DNA of 64,000 nt from Mobula hypostoma (Eukaryota), in the NCBI RefSeq assembly GCF_963921235.1, contig NC_086097.1, positions 57,538,001 to 57,602,000 of the forward strand. Direction: 5' to 3'. A program made the position numbers and the translations under genes. Shown here piece by piece: positions 13,093 to 25,171 of the stretch. Each line of letters opens with the position of its first letter. The stretch's first letter is position 1. A model generated the notes under the pieces. The model had not been told where the DNA came from. It made no database searches and saw only the letters and a program-made list of their open reading frames with translations.

Positions 13093-13255
13093 ACAATGCT
13101 GATTCCAACACCAGATCCAACCCCCAGACAAACCCCATCACCTCCAGCAAGAGATGATACCCGTATTCAAACCCCAGACATCACACCCCAAGATTCTGTT
13201 GAGAATGAATCAGGATCAGAGCCAGAATTGGAGCCTTTAATGAAATCAGCACTGA
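13093..13255 (+). CDS. KIAA0586: TALPID3 coding exon (window exon 4)
   Basis: ttacag|ACA acceptor, A|gtgagt donor (phase 0 to 1). Pro/Thr-rich TMLIPTPDPTPRQTPSPPARDDTRIQTPDITPQDS..., like TALPID3 TPLPTPQPTPPCSP...VKTPDSSP. Confidence 0.88.
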
Positions 13256-13789
13256 GTGAGTATGCTGCATGTTTTCCATTAGGTGCAAGTGAGTTTTTTT
13301 GGACATTTAAAATTCTCAAGCACATTATATTATATTTGAACAATTATTGTAATAATTATTGCATAATAATTCCTTCTTATTATCAGTCTATTTTTTGTGT
13401 ATTCATGTCTGCTTGATCCAAGTTTAACTAGATGTGACTGAGTGTATGTTTAGTTTAGGTTGGTCAGGTCTATATTCTAATGATGCCTTTAATTTGGGAG
13501 AGGTGCTATTGGTCTGGGTCAGTGTTTTATCCAGGTCAGCCTGATAAACTTCCGTGAAGTTGATAGTTTCGGATGGATTTATTCGATATCTTGTTACCAA
13601 ACAGATTACTACTATGTTCAAGGTTGTTGTGTTTATAATAATAAAGTTGAGCGTGGGAAATATTACTGCTGGGACTCACATCAGGTTCATATTGGAGTTG
13701 TGTTTTAATCTAATAATTTTCCATTCCCCATCAATATGTAAGTATAATTTTCCACGTGACAAAAAGAAGTTTTGGTTTTGTAGAATAGT

Positions 13790-14500
13790 GAAGTGCTATG
13801 TCGCAGCGGCCTTTCCGGATCCAATAAATGGTGCATATATGTGTCTTAAGCATATTTCTTGTGTTCGCAAGACCTTGTTAAACATTGGTAATATAAAATA
13901 CCGCAAGTCCAGTTAATTGGTTCATTGGTGAGTGGGGAGCTGCGTGGCCTAGGTTGTGTAGACCAGGCCCTCATGCTGTGACATCACCTGTTACAGTCAT
14001 GCAGGGAAAGAGGCGCTAGTGGTGGTGTAGGAGAGAACAGAGGCACAGTGCATGTACTGGAATCAGTGCTGAGTTGGGTACTGGCCTCTCTAGGTTGGCC
14101 CCTGCGGGCCAGCTCTCCCACTGGGGATCTTTTCCAGCATTCGTTCCCTGAAAAGCAAGTTGGATTGCCTTCATCTGCGGTTGATCAAGCGCGAGACAAG
14201 CTGATTTGCCTTAATCTGCAAATGACCCAATGTGAGATGAAGAACTGCTATGTGATTGTTCTTGCAGAAATGTGGCCCAGGAAAATATCCCAGGCACTAT
14301 CTTCAGGTCTTGCAACTCAGGGACTTGTGACTGTATTAATATTATTTTTGTGACTATGTGCTATCATAACGATACAGTGTGTACTATGTTCTGTGTGTGG
14401 CTGTATGTACTGTGTTTTGCATCTTAGCCCCAGAGGAATGCTGCTTTGTTTAACTGTCTGTGTATGTATGGTTGAATGACAATTGAATTTGAAGTTGAAC
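13790..14500 (+). mobile_element. Non-autonomous internally deleted Rex1-like element, copy 1
   Basis: 5' region plus APE start (LTQCEMKNCYVIVLAEMW) joined directly to a 3' UTR ending in a ttgaa repeat; collinear with 52681-53309. Confidence 0.65.
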
Positions 14501-15067
14501 CTTTAACAAGCAGTGCACAAATAGGAAGTTTGTTTTTTAAGAGGAAAGAATGTACAGGCTCTCAAATTCACTTGGGATCCTCCTGATTTCCCAGTAGAAC
14601 ACCTATGAGACTCCACCGGAACCTACAGCAAAAGAGCACAGATAGCTTGAATAAACTATTATTTCCCCATATCTCCTGCCATATTTGCAGCCTTTTCATT
14701 GATGCTGAGAAGTTAGGTCATTAGTCTGTTGAAACATATTAAGTCTAACTGACAATGCACTTAGCTGGAAAATGAGCTTCGATTCATAGTCTGATTATAT
14801 TTCTCAACATTTATTCAAGTCACGACAACATGAGTTCCATTAATGTAAGTATTCCATCAGGTTCAATGCTCCTGTCTATATTTGATCCAGTTTACCTCCC
14901 TATAATTCAAATTATTAAATGGAGGACTATTTCTAGCAAATGTAATCTTAAATAATTTTATTTCCTGTTCCTCTTAGAAGCTTACCAGCCACTCTACTTC
15001 TTGCCTATTAATTATCCAGCTGAGAGCTGTAGTGGATTTGAAATGTTGTCATTAGCAATCCGCTAAA

Positions 15068-15830
15068 CTAGTGGTTCCCAAACCTTTTGGGTTACTGCCC
15101 CCTTGACTCGCAGACCACATCTTCAGCTTCCCCCTCAACCTTTCCAGTCGTTACATAAAAATTAAAAAGAATTTTGATTTATAATACACAGTGAAAGAAA
15201 ATAGGAACTGCAATTTTAAAGCAGTGAAAAATAATTGCAAAAATTATTCAAATCTATTTAAAGCTTCAAATAAAATTATTTCTTTATTTCATTAGAGTGA
15301 AAATAATTTTTTCACTGTTTTCACTGTGCAATGTTGGAGTGCACATTACTAATCCAACTATTCACTACTTCTTTGCTTTTTCATCTTTCAATGAGATGGA
15401 TAGGCTCGGTGCAGTGATATCAGCTTCTTAACATCAGACTGAATATCACTCAGAAGGAGTATCAGATTGCCATGTTCGGTAATTTGCAGTTTGTTTCATT
15501 GCTTTGAAAAAAGTTGGGCGATTGCACTGAAACCATGATCCACTAAGTGTGATGTTGGAAAGGCAATAAAGAACATCTTGACCTTTTTCCACAGTGCAGG
15601 ACAGCATTTCTTTCTGCAACCAAAAATCTTGATACGATTATTTGAACTTCAGCTGAGTCATTTTGTAGTGAGCTCAGGTTTTCATCCTTCCTGTTAATAT
15701 CTCATTACAAGTGTTCAGGAATGGATTTATTACCCAATCTAGAATTTGGATCAAGAGAAGGTCCTGAAATCTCTCAGTGTCTTTATGCATCTCAAATCTC
15801 CCAAATGTCTTTATGCAGCTCACCCATTAG
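15068..15830 (-). mobile_element. hAT-Charlie/Buster DNA transposon 3' remnant
   Basis: TIR-like ctagtggttcccaaacc at 15068. Minus strand 15388-15600 reads PALWKKVKMFFIAFPTSHLVDHGFSAIAQLFSKQ*NKLQITEHGNLILLLSDIQSDVKKLISLHRAYPSH*, a hAT C-terminal dimerisation domain. Confidence 0.85.
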
Positions 15831-16162
15831 GGATGAATGGTTACACACATATGCAGACATATGGCATTAGTGTAGATGGACATCATGGTCAGCGTAGACA
15901 TGGTGTGTCAAATTACCTGCAATACTTTTCTATGTTATATTTTCAGAATGAAGATCACTTTTTTTTTAGTTTGGATGAGGTGAAATTTCTTCTTTCAGAG
16001 AATTATAATTATTTGGAAGTCTATGCTCTAGAAAAACACACTCGGAAAACTGGAGGAACTCAGCAGATTAGGGAACAACTAATCCCTAGGGGCGGGGAAA
16101 GAGGCTAGCTAGAAGGTGACAGGTGAAGACAGGTGGCTAGAGAAGTTCCGATAGGAGAGGAG

Positions 16163-16388
16163 TAACACACACAAAATGCTGGAGGAACTCAACAGGCTAG
16201 GCAGCATCCATGGAAAAGAGACTAGTTGATGTTTTGGGCCAAGACCTTTTGGCAAGACTGCCAAAGGTTTTCGGTCCGAAATGTCGACTGTACTCTTTTC
16301 CATAGATGCTGCCTGGCCTGCTGAGTTCTTCCAGCATTTTGTGTGTGTTACTTGAATTTCCGGCATCTGCAGATTTTCTTTTGTTTGT
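16163..16388. mobile_element. Palindromic Penelope terminal-repeat insertion
   Basis: 13-bp TSD gataggagaggag at 16150-16162 and 16389-16401; about 95-bp imperfect inverted arms. Confidence 0.85.
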
Positions 16389-16800
16389 GATAGGAGAGGA
16401 GAGTGGACAATAGGAGAAAGAGACGGAGGAGGGGACCCAGGGAAAAGTAACAGGCAGGTGAGAAAGATAAAAGATGAGAGTGGGGAATGGAGAGTTTGTT
16501 CACTGGAAAAACTGATATTCATGCCATCAGGTTCGAGGGTACCCAGTCCTCCCAGGTGAGGCATCACTTCACCTGCGAATCTGTCGAGGATATCTATTGT
16601 GTCTGGTGCTCATGATGCAGTCTCCTCTACATTGGTGACACCCATCGTAGATTGGGGGACCGCTGCAGCAAGCGCATCTGCACCATCTGCCACAAGTGGG
16701 ACTTTTCGGTGGCCTTACATTTTAATTCCAATTCCCATTCTGATGTGTCGATCCATGGTCTCTTCTTGTGCCAAGAGGAGGCCACCCTCAGGGTGGAGGA

Positions 16801-19430
16801 CAATAGACAATAGGTGCAGGAGTAGGCCATTTGGCCCTTTGAGCCAGCACCGCCATTCACTGTGATCATGGCTGATCATCCACAGTCAGTATCCAGTTTC
16901 TGCCTTATCCCCATAACCTTTGATTCTGCTATCTTTAAGAGCTCTATCCATCTCTTTCTTGAAAGCATCCAGAAACTTGGCCTCCACAGCCTTCTGGGGC
17001 AGAGCATTCCATATATCCACCACTCTCTGGGTGAAAAAGTTTTTCCTCAACTCTGTTCTAAATGGCCTACCCCTTATTCTTAAACTGTGGCCTCTGGTTC
17101 TGGACTCACCCATCAGCGGGAACATGCTTCCTGCCTCCAGCGTGTCCAATCTCTTAATAATCTTATATGTTTCAATAAGATCCCCTCTCAGCCTTCTAAA
17201 TTCCAGAGTATACAAGCCCAGTCGCTCCAATCTTTCGACATATGACAGTCCCGCGATCCCAGGAATTAACCTTGTGAACCTACGCTGCACTCCCTCAATA
17301 GCAAGAATGTCATTCCTCAAATTTGGAGACCAAAACTGCACACGGTACTCCAGGTGTGGTCTCACCTAGGGCCCTGTACAGCTGCAGAAGGACCTCTTTG
17401 CTCTTATACTCCATTACCTTTGTTATGAAGGCCAGCATGCCATTAGCTTTCTTCACTGCCTGCTGTACTTGCAGGCTTGCTTTCAGTGACTGATGCACAA
17501 GAACACCTAGATCTCGTTGTACTTCCCCTTTTCCTAACTTGACTCCATTTAGATAATAATCTGCCTTCCTGTTCTTACCACCAAAGTGGATAACCTCACA
17601 TTTATCCACATTAAACTGCAGCTGCCATGCATCTGCCCACTCACCCAGCCTGTCCAAGTCACCCTGCATTCTCATAACATCCTCCTCACGTTTCACACTG
17701 CCACCCAGCTTTGTGTCATCGGCAAATTTGCTAATGTTACTTTTAATTCCCTCATCTAAATCATTAATATATATTGTAAACAGCTGTGGTCCCAGCACTG
17801 AACCCTGCGGTACCCCACTGGTCACTGCCTGCCATTCCGAAAGGGACCCGTTAATCGCTACTCTTTGTTTTCTGTCAGCCAGCCAATTTTCAATCCATGT
17901 CAGTACTCTGTCCTCAATACCATGTGCCCTAATTTTGCCCACTAATCTCCTATGTGGGACTTTATCAAAGGCTTTCTGAAAGTCCAGGTACACTACATCC
18001 ACTGGCTCTCTCTTGTCCATTTTCATAGTTATATCCTCAAAAAATTCCAGAAGATTAGTCAAGTACGATTTCACCTTCGTAAATCCTTGCTGACTTGGAC
18101 TGATCCTGTTACTGCTATCCAGATGTGTCGTAATTTCATCTTTTATAATTGACTCCAGCATCTTTCCCACCACCGACGTCAGGCTAACCGGTCTATAATT
18201 CCCTGTTTTCTCTCTTCCTCCCTTCTTGAAGAGAGGGACAACATTAGCCACCCTCCAATCCACAGGAACTGATCCTGAATCTATAGAACATTGGAAAATG
18301 ATTACCAATGCGTCCACGATTTCTAAAGCCACCTCCTTAAGTACCCTGGGATGCAGACCATCAGGTCCCAGGGACTTACCAGCCTTCAGACCCAACAGTC
18401 TATCCAACACCATTTCCTGCCTAATATAAATTTCCTTCAGTTCATCCATTACCCTAGGTCCTTTGGCCCGTATTATATCTGGGAGATTGTTTGTGTCTTC
18501 CCTAGTGAAGACAGATCCAAAGTACCTGTTCAACTCGTCTGCCATTTCCTTGTTCCCCATAATAAATTCACCCGTTTCTGTCTTCAAGGGCCCAATTTTA
18601 GTCTTAACTATTTTTTTCCTTTTCACATACCTAAAGAAGCTTTTGCTATCCTCCTTTATATTCTTGGCTAGTTTACCTTCGTACCTCATTTTTTCTCCGT
18701 GTATTGCCTTTTTAGTTACCTTCTGTTGCTCTTTAAAAGTTTTCCAATCCTCTTGCTTCCCACTCGTCTTTGCTATGTTATACTTCTTCTCTTTTATTTT
18801 TATACTGTCTATTACTTCCCTTGTCAGCCACGGCCTCCCCTTACTCCCCTTAGGATCTTTCTTCCTCTTTGGAATGAACTGATCCTGCACCTTCCACATT
18901 ATTCCCAGAAACACTTGCCATTGCTGTTCCACTGTCATCCCTGCTAGGGTATTGTTCCATTGAACTTTGGCCAGCTCCTCCCTCATAGCACCATAGTTCC
19001 CTTTGTTCAACTGTAATACTGACACTTCCGAGTTTCCCTTCCCCCTCTCAAATTGTAGATTAAAACTTATCATATTATGGTCACTATCTCCTAATGGCTC
19101 CTTTACCTCGAGGTCCCTGATCAAATCCTGTTCATTGCACAACACTAAATTTAGAATTGCGTTCTCTCTGGTAGGCTCCAATACAAGCTGTTCTAAGAAT
19201 CCATCTCGGAGGGACTCCACAAACTCCCTTTCTTGGGATCCAGTACAAACCTGATTCCTCCAGTCTACCTGCATGTTGAAATCCTCCATAACAACTGTAG
19301 CATTACCTTTGCGACATGCCAATTTTAACTCTTGAATCAGCTTACACCCTACATCCAGGCTACTGTTTGGGGGCCTGTAGATAACTCCTATTAGGGTCTT
19401 TTTACTCTAATTTCTCAGTTCTATCCATAA
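16801..19430 (-). mobile_element. Young CR1 LINE (family A): partial APE plus RT, one frameshift
   Basis: 670-aa ORF 19322-17310 plus C-terminus 17365-16886. A single +1 insertion (17367) relative to the copy at 2291-3870. Tail caatagacaatag; gagga duplicated at both junctions. Confidence 0.95.
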
Positions 19431-20264
19431 GAGGAGCAATACCTTATAATGTGTCTGGGTACCCTCCAACCTGATGGCATGAATATCACCTTCTGATGAA
19501 CAAATTACCCCCCACTCTATTCCCCACTCTGACCTTTCTCTTCTCCTCACCTGCCTATTACTTCCCCCTGGTTCCCCTCCTCCTTCCATTTCTCCTGTTA
19601 TCTCCTCTCCTATCAGATTCGATCTTCTCTAGCCTTAGACCTTTCTCCACCCACCTAGCTTTGCCTATCACCTTCCAGCTAGCTTCTTTCTTCTCCCCAC
19701 ATCTTTTTATTCTGCCATCTTCCCCCTTCCTTCTCAGTCTTGAAGAAGGGTCTCGACCCAAAAGTTGTCTTATCTATTCATTTCCACAGATGCTGCCTGA
19801 TCTGCTCAGTTCCACCAACATTTTGCGTGTGCTACTTTGTATTTCCAGCGTCTGCAGACTTTCTCATGTTTATGTTCTTGAGTGCTGTGGAGACAGAGAC
19901 GTCGAATATATTCAAGATGGAGTTTGATCAATATTTAAGCAACAAGTCAAGTAGTCTGGGGAGAGTGGGAAAGTGGTGTTGAGATGACCAGGCTTGGGGG
20001 TGAATTGACTATTTGTGCTTCTGTTTCTTACATTTCAATGGAAAAAGTCTATACAAATTCATATGTATATTACTCTTAAGAGTTTAAGATGTTAGGGTTT
20101 ATTCAGGAGTGATGGGATGATATATGCTTTCCACATGTTCCATCAGTGATAAAAAAGAGTTCATAAAATAAATAGAAGTAGATATTAGAAAACAATTACT
20201 TACAGAAGGTGCTTAGAATACAGAATTCTCAAGCAGAAACTGTAGTTGGGAAGGGGATTCCAAA

Positions 20265-20419
20265 CAACACACATCAAAGTTGCTGGTGAATGCAGCAGGC
20301 CAAGCAGCATCTGTAGGAGGAGGTGCAGTCGACGTTTCAGGCCGAGACCCTTCGTCAGGACACCAGCAACTTTGATGTGTGTTGCTTGAATTTCCAGCAT
20401 CTGCAGAATTCCTGTTGTT
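20265..20419. mobile_element. Penelope-derived fold-back mini-insertion carrying a hammerhead-like motif
   Basis: 13-bp TSD aggggattccaaa (20252-20264, 20420-20432); 24-bp perfect inverted repeat caacacacatcaaagttgctggtg. Confidence 0.88.
20328..20361 (-). ncRNA. Minimal type I hammerhead ribozyme-like motif (Penelope-associated)
   Basis: Minus strand GUC-CUGACGA-A-GGGU(CUCG)GCCU-GAAAC-GUC-GAC: conserved core boxes, helix I GUC/GAC, helix II, no proper helix III. Confidence 0.6.
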
Positions 20420-21529
20420 AGGGGATTCCAAAAATTGTTTTAAAAGGATTTGAATAAAGAGGAAGATTAACAACTATGGCAGAAGGACAGGACATGGGGA
20501 TTAGACAGTGCGGCTTCTCTAGAGAAAATTGCTTGTATAGAGTCTAACTGAATGACAGTTACATTTTATGAATTTTTGAGCAGTAGAACTGTTTTTAACT
20601 GAAGACAGCTTTTCTATTTTTTGAATGTAATTTTGCAAAATTTTGTACTTCAGCTATTGTGGAGACTATTCCCAGAAGACTGTGTTACTATGGTAACTAG
20701 CTGCTCTATCAAATAGACTGGAGTAGATTGACACCAATAGTTTTCCTTCATGCTTCTCTTCCAGAAGCTTATGAGTTCAGTTAACCTGTCATGGAAACGC
20801 CAAGTTGATTGAAGGTGCTTCAAAGAGAAAAAGGGGAAAAATTATGTGTAGTTCTTGCACTGAGAAAGAGAAGGAGAAATGAGAACAATTACATATATAA
20901 TCCCTCTATTCAGTGGCTGGAGAAGTAAATAAATAATTTAAGTATCGAGATTTTAAAAAGTAGGACAATTCTTTATTCTGTTACTTAAACAGGTTCCTGG
21001 TAACTTGGAAATCACCTTCTGTTTAATACTCTGAAAGAGATATTGAAAAGCTGCAAAGTTAATGAAGGAACAATTGTGATTCATAGTCATTCTGATAGAA
21101 GAAAAACTGAAAAAAGATGTGGGTGAAATTACAGGCAGATCAATGGTATCTGTTTCAGCAAAAATGTGTGGGCTTGGTTTTGTGTTCTTTAGTGCAAAAC
21201 TGATAGCAATGCCTCACTGTGGAAATCTGTAGAATGGCATGCTCTCCCTGTGAAATGTGGGAGATTAGGGAATTGCCAATTGTCTCTGACTACTATGTCT
21301 GTAGGATACTTCTTGCGTGCATCTACCATAGACAAGGACATGGAAACTTTTGAGTTTGGGTTAAGGATCCATAGTATCTCAGAGCATGAGAACGCTATTT
21401 AGGAGGAAATATTGGATGTCCTGAAATGCAAAAAGGTGGTTAAGTCCCTGGGACAGGCCCAGCTATATCACAGATGTTATGGGAAGTAAGGGAGGAAATT
21501 GCTGGAGCCCTGGCAGAGATTTTTGTAAC

Positions 21530-21633
21530 ACACATCAAAGTTGCTGGTGAACGCAGCAGGCCAGATAGCATCTCTAGGAAGAGGTACAGTCAACTTTTCA
21601 GGCCGAGACCTTTCGTCAGGACTAACTGTTGTT
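21530..21633 (-). mobile_element. Penelope-derived mini-insertion
   Basis: 15-bp TSD agagatttttgtaac (21515-21529, 21634-21648); same family as 20265 and 56255. Confidence 0.85.
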
Positions 21634-22792
21634 AGAGATTTTTGTAACCTTGTTAGCCCTGGACGAGGTACTAGAAGACTGGAGTGGGGCTAATATTGAG
21701 CTTTTATTTAAAAAGGGCAGTGAATATAAACCAAGGGCTACAGGCTGGTGAACCTTATGTGAGTGGTGGAAAAGTTATTGGAGAGGATTCTGAGAAACCA
21801 GGGTTATTTGCGTTTGGAGAGACAGGAGCTGACTGAGGATAAACAGCATGGTTTTGTGCATGGGAAATCATGTTTTTCAAATTTGATTGAGTTGCTTGAG
21901 CTTGCCAATTGGATGCAAAATTGGCTTGATGGGAAGAGATGGAGGGTGGTAGTGGAGTGTTACTTTTCATGTTGAAGGTCAGTAACCAATGGTACATTAC
22001 CAGGCTCAGTTCCATTGTTGTCTATCATGAGATTGATTTGGATGAGAATGTAGGTGTCATGATTAGTAAGTTTGCGAACATCACTAAAATTGATGGTATA
22101 GTGGGCACTGAAGAAGGATGTCTTCAATAAAATTGGATATAAATCCACTGGGAATATGGGCAAGGGAATGGCAGTGAAATTTAACTCAGACATGTGGAAG
22201 GTGGTGCATTTTGAGAAGTTAAACCAGGACAGGGCCTACACAGTAATGACAGGGTGGGGAGTGTTGGGTGCAAGTACTTAGTTCCCTGAAAGTGGCTACA
22301 CAGGCAGACAGGGAAGTGAAGTGTGGCACACTTACTTTCATTGTTGAGGTTCTGAGTACAGGAGTTGGCTTGTCATGTTACAATTGTACAAAATGTTAGT
22401 TAGACCATACTTAGAGTATTGTGTGCATTTCTGGTCACCATACTGCAGGAAGGCTGTAATTAAGCTAGGGAGGATGTAGAAAAGATGCACAAGGATGTTG
22501 TCTGGATTGGAGGACTTGAGTTATAAGGAGACATCAGATGAGCTGAGACTTTTTCCTGGAGCAAAGGAGACTGATAGAAGTATATAAAATTATGAGAAGC
22601 AGAAATAAGGTTGATAGCCAGGGTCTTTTTCCTGAGGTAGGGGTGCCTAAAACTGGAGGGCATAGTTTATGGTGGGAGAGAAGGGGGTTAAAAGGGATCT
22701 GAGGAGTACATTTTTCACACAGAATATTTAGCATCTGCAATGGGATGGTGGAGGCAGGTACGTGAATGAGCAAGGGATCTGGACATAATGTA

Positions 22793-23795
22793 AACACAAA
22801 ATAATCTGCAGATGCTGGGGTCAAAGCAACACGCACAACACGCTGGAGGAACTCAGCAGGTCGGGCAGCATCCGTGGAAACAAACATTGTACGAAAACCT
22901 CCACAACTTCCACCACCTTCAATAAGACCCCACCACTAAGCACATCTTTCCCTCTCTACTCCTCTCCACTTTCCGCAGGGATCATTCCCTCTGTGACTCC
23001 CCGGTCCACACGTACCTCCCCACAGATCTCCCACCCGGCACTTATCCCTGCAAGCGTAAATGCTACACCTGTCCCTACACCTCTTCTCTCACCACCATTC
23101 AGGGCCCCAAACAGTCTTTCCAGGTGAGGCAACACTTAATTCGTGAGTCTGTTGCGGTCATCTATTGCATCCTGTGCTCCCAGTGCGGCCTCCTCTACAT
23201 TGGTGAGACCCGACGCAGATTGGGGGACCGCTTCATCGAGCACCTCTGCTCCATCCACCACAACAGACAGGATCTCCCGGTTGCCACCCACTTCAACTCT
23301 GCTTCACACTCCCATTTGGATATGTCCATAAATGGCCTCCTCTACTGCCATGATGAGGCCAAACTCAGGTTGGAGGAGCAACAACTCACATACCGTCTGG
23401 GTAGTCTCCAGCCCCTTGGCATGAACATTGAATTCTCCAGCTTCCGGTAATTCCCTCCCCCTCGCTTCCCCCATCCCAGTTTCACTCTGCCCCCTCCCCC
23501 AGCTGCCTATCACCTCCCTCATGGTTCCGCCTCCTTCTACTACCCATTGTGCTTTCCTCTATTCCTTCTTCACCTTTCCTGCCTATCCCCTCCCTGCTTC
23601 CCCTCCCCCACCCCTTGACCTTCCCCCTTACTGGTTTTTCGCCTGAAACCTACCAGCCTTCTCCTTCTCACCCTCCCCCCACCTTCTTTATAGGGCCTCT
23701 GCCCCTTCCCTCTTCAGTCCTGAGGACAGGTCTTGGCCCAAAACGTCGACTGTTCATTTGCACGGATCTGCCCGACCTGCTGAGTTTCTCCAGCG
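22793..23795 (+). mobile_element. Penelope-like element (Neptune type) 3' part with GIY-YIG endonuclease
   Basis: YPCKRKCYTCPY Cys linker, then VIYCILCSQCGLLYIGETRRRLGDRFIEH...GMN; inverted 5' arm; 15-bp TSD tctggacataatgta (22778-22792, 23796-23810). Confidence 0.9.
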
Positions 23796-24633
23796 TCTGG
23801 ACATAATGTAGGCAAGAGGGACTAGCATAATGATGAGCGTAATCCAGAGGGCTGAAGGGCCCATTTCTGTGGTGTACTGCAAGCAAATTCAGAATTCTTG
23901 CATAGATTTCTACATTTGCACCCAAGTTACCCAGCAACTAGTTATTGATAGTTTCACTGCTCAGCTCCATTAATTGTGAAGCAATCCAATGGTAGAATGT
24001 GACGTTGTGGCAATTCCCCAATAATTTCACTAAGAAATCGGCATGAGCAACTTGCTCAAGTTCAAGTAGAAAAATAGGGAACGTTTCTGCTTTGATACCA
24101 ATGGAGGAGAATGGGTTTAAGAGATGAGGGTAAGTGTTAGTATTTTTAGATGTTTAAAGATGTTTAGATGGTTTGTGTTTAAACTTTTTGCATATGTGAT
24201 TTTTCAAATGTTTAAATATATCAACAATTGTGACAGCCAGTAAAGCCAAAGGGCACAGCTTAACATTTTGTCAGTTTAGTTCACTTGGCCATCTCATGGT
24301 TTTTTTGTCAATCTAGGTGGCAGGATCCAACTCTGTCACAATCAACAGCACCCTGATCCTTCCCTACCTACCATACTGCTGTCCATTTGTTGCTATTTTT
24401 ATATCATGACACTGTTCAGGGCCTCATCACTATAGTTGTTTAGCAAAGTTATCACTGCTTTGTACAGCAAGGTTTCAGAGATGGATGTAAAAAAAATGAT
24501 GCTGATATAGTTCAGAGATCACCATTGATTACAAAATCCAGCCATTAATAAAAGTAAAGGTCTGTCTCAATTGTTCATTATTACTCTTACAGCTGTAACA
24601 TAATCAATAATACATATTTCTTTTAACAAACAG

Positions 24634-24871
24634 TCGTGGATGATATCGGACTAAAACCTGCAGAAAAATCTAGCCCTGTTGTTACTCCTGTTATCACGCC
24701 AATTCCTACTCTTTCAAGAGTATCCACACCTTCGCCAATATCACATCCAGCCTTGAGGAGCAATTCAGTGCTGTTGCAGAAGCTTCCAAATCCCTGGGGA
24801 GATGCAGAGCTCCCTCTAGAGGAAGAAAATCCTAGCCCAGCCCAAGTAGCAGCACCACAGCAAAGAGGCAT
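24634..24871 (+). CDS. KIAA0586: TALPID3 coding exon (window exon 5)
   Basis: aacag|TC acceptor, AT|gtaagt donor (phase 1 to 2). Contains VTPVITP and LPNPWGDAELPLEEENP (human LPKPWGDGDLPLEEENP). Confidence 0.95.
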
Positions 24872-25171
24872 GTAAGTGAAAATGTAATGCTTCCTACCAG
24901 CATATCTTGGTATATGTAATCTTTTTTTTAAATCTTAATTGCTTATCCTATTAACTTTTTAATTATTCCATTCACATCTGTACTAATGTCATCAAATCCT
25001 CTTGATTGGTTAAATACCAGAGGGCACAACTGAAAATTGGCACAGACTGTTATAATAAAAATTAAAGTATACAGATACATTTTGACTACAGCCCAAATTC
25101 ATGAGTATATGTAAAATTAAAAAAAATGTTTAATGGAGCCAAAGGAGGAAGAGAGTACACTGAAGGCAAGA

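Larger units (their letters stand above)
16030..19870. mobile_element. Penelope-like element (inverted arms, GIY-YIG remnant), host to two nested insertions
   Basis: Minus-strand terminal repeat 16030-16545; plus-strand GIY-YIG remnant 16550-16800 that resumes at 19431 (GTLQPDGMNI); terminal repeat to about 19870. Confidence 0.8.
21330..23880 (+). mobile_element. Old degenerate CR1 ORF2 fragment hosting two Penelope insertions
   Basis: Remnants KSLG...EEIAGALAEIF, QHGFVHGKSCFSNLIE, ISKFAN and LVRPYLEYCVHFW, with many stops. Confidence 0.8.

Noticed and set aside
23124..23450. GIY-YIG ORF as a homing endonuclease or host nuclease
   Set aside because: Lies inside a TSD-flanked Penelope-like fragment and is truncated.
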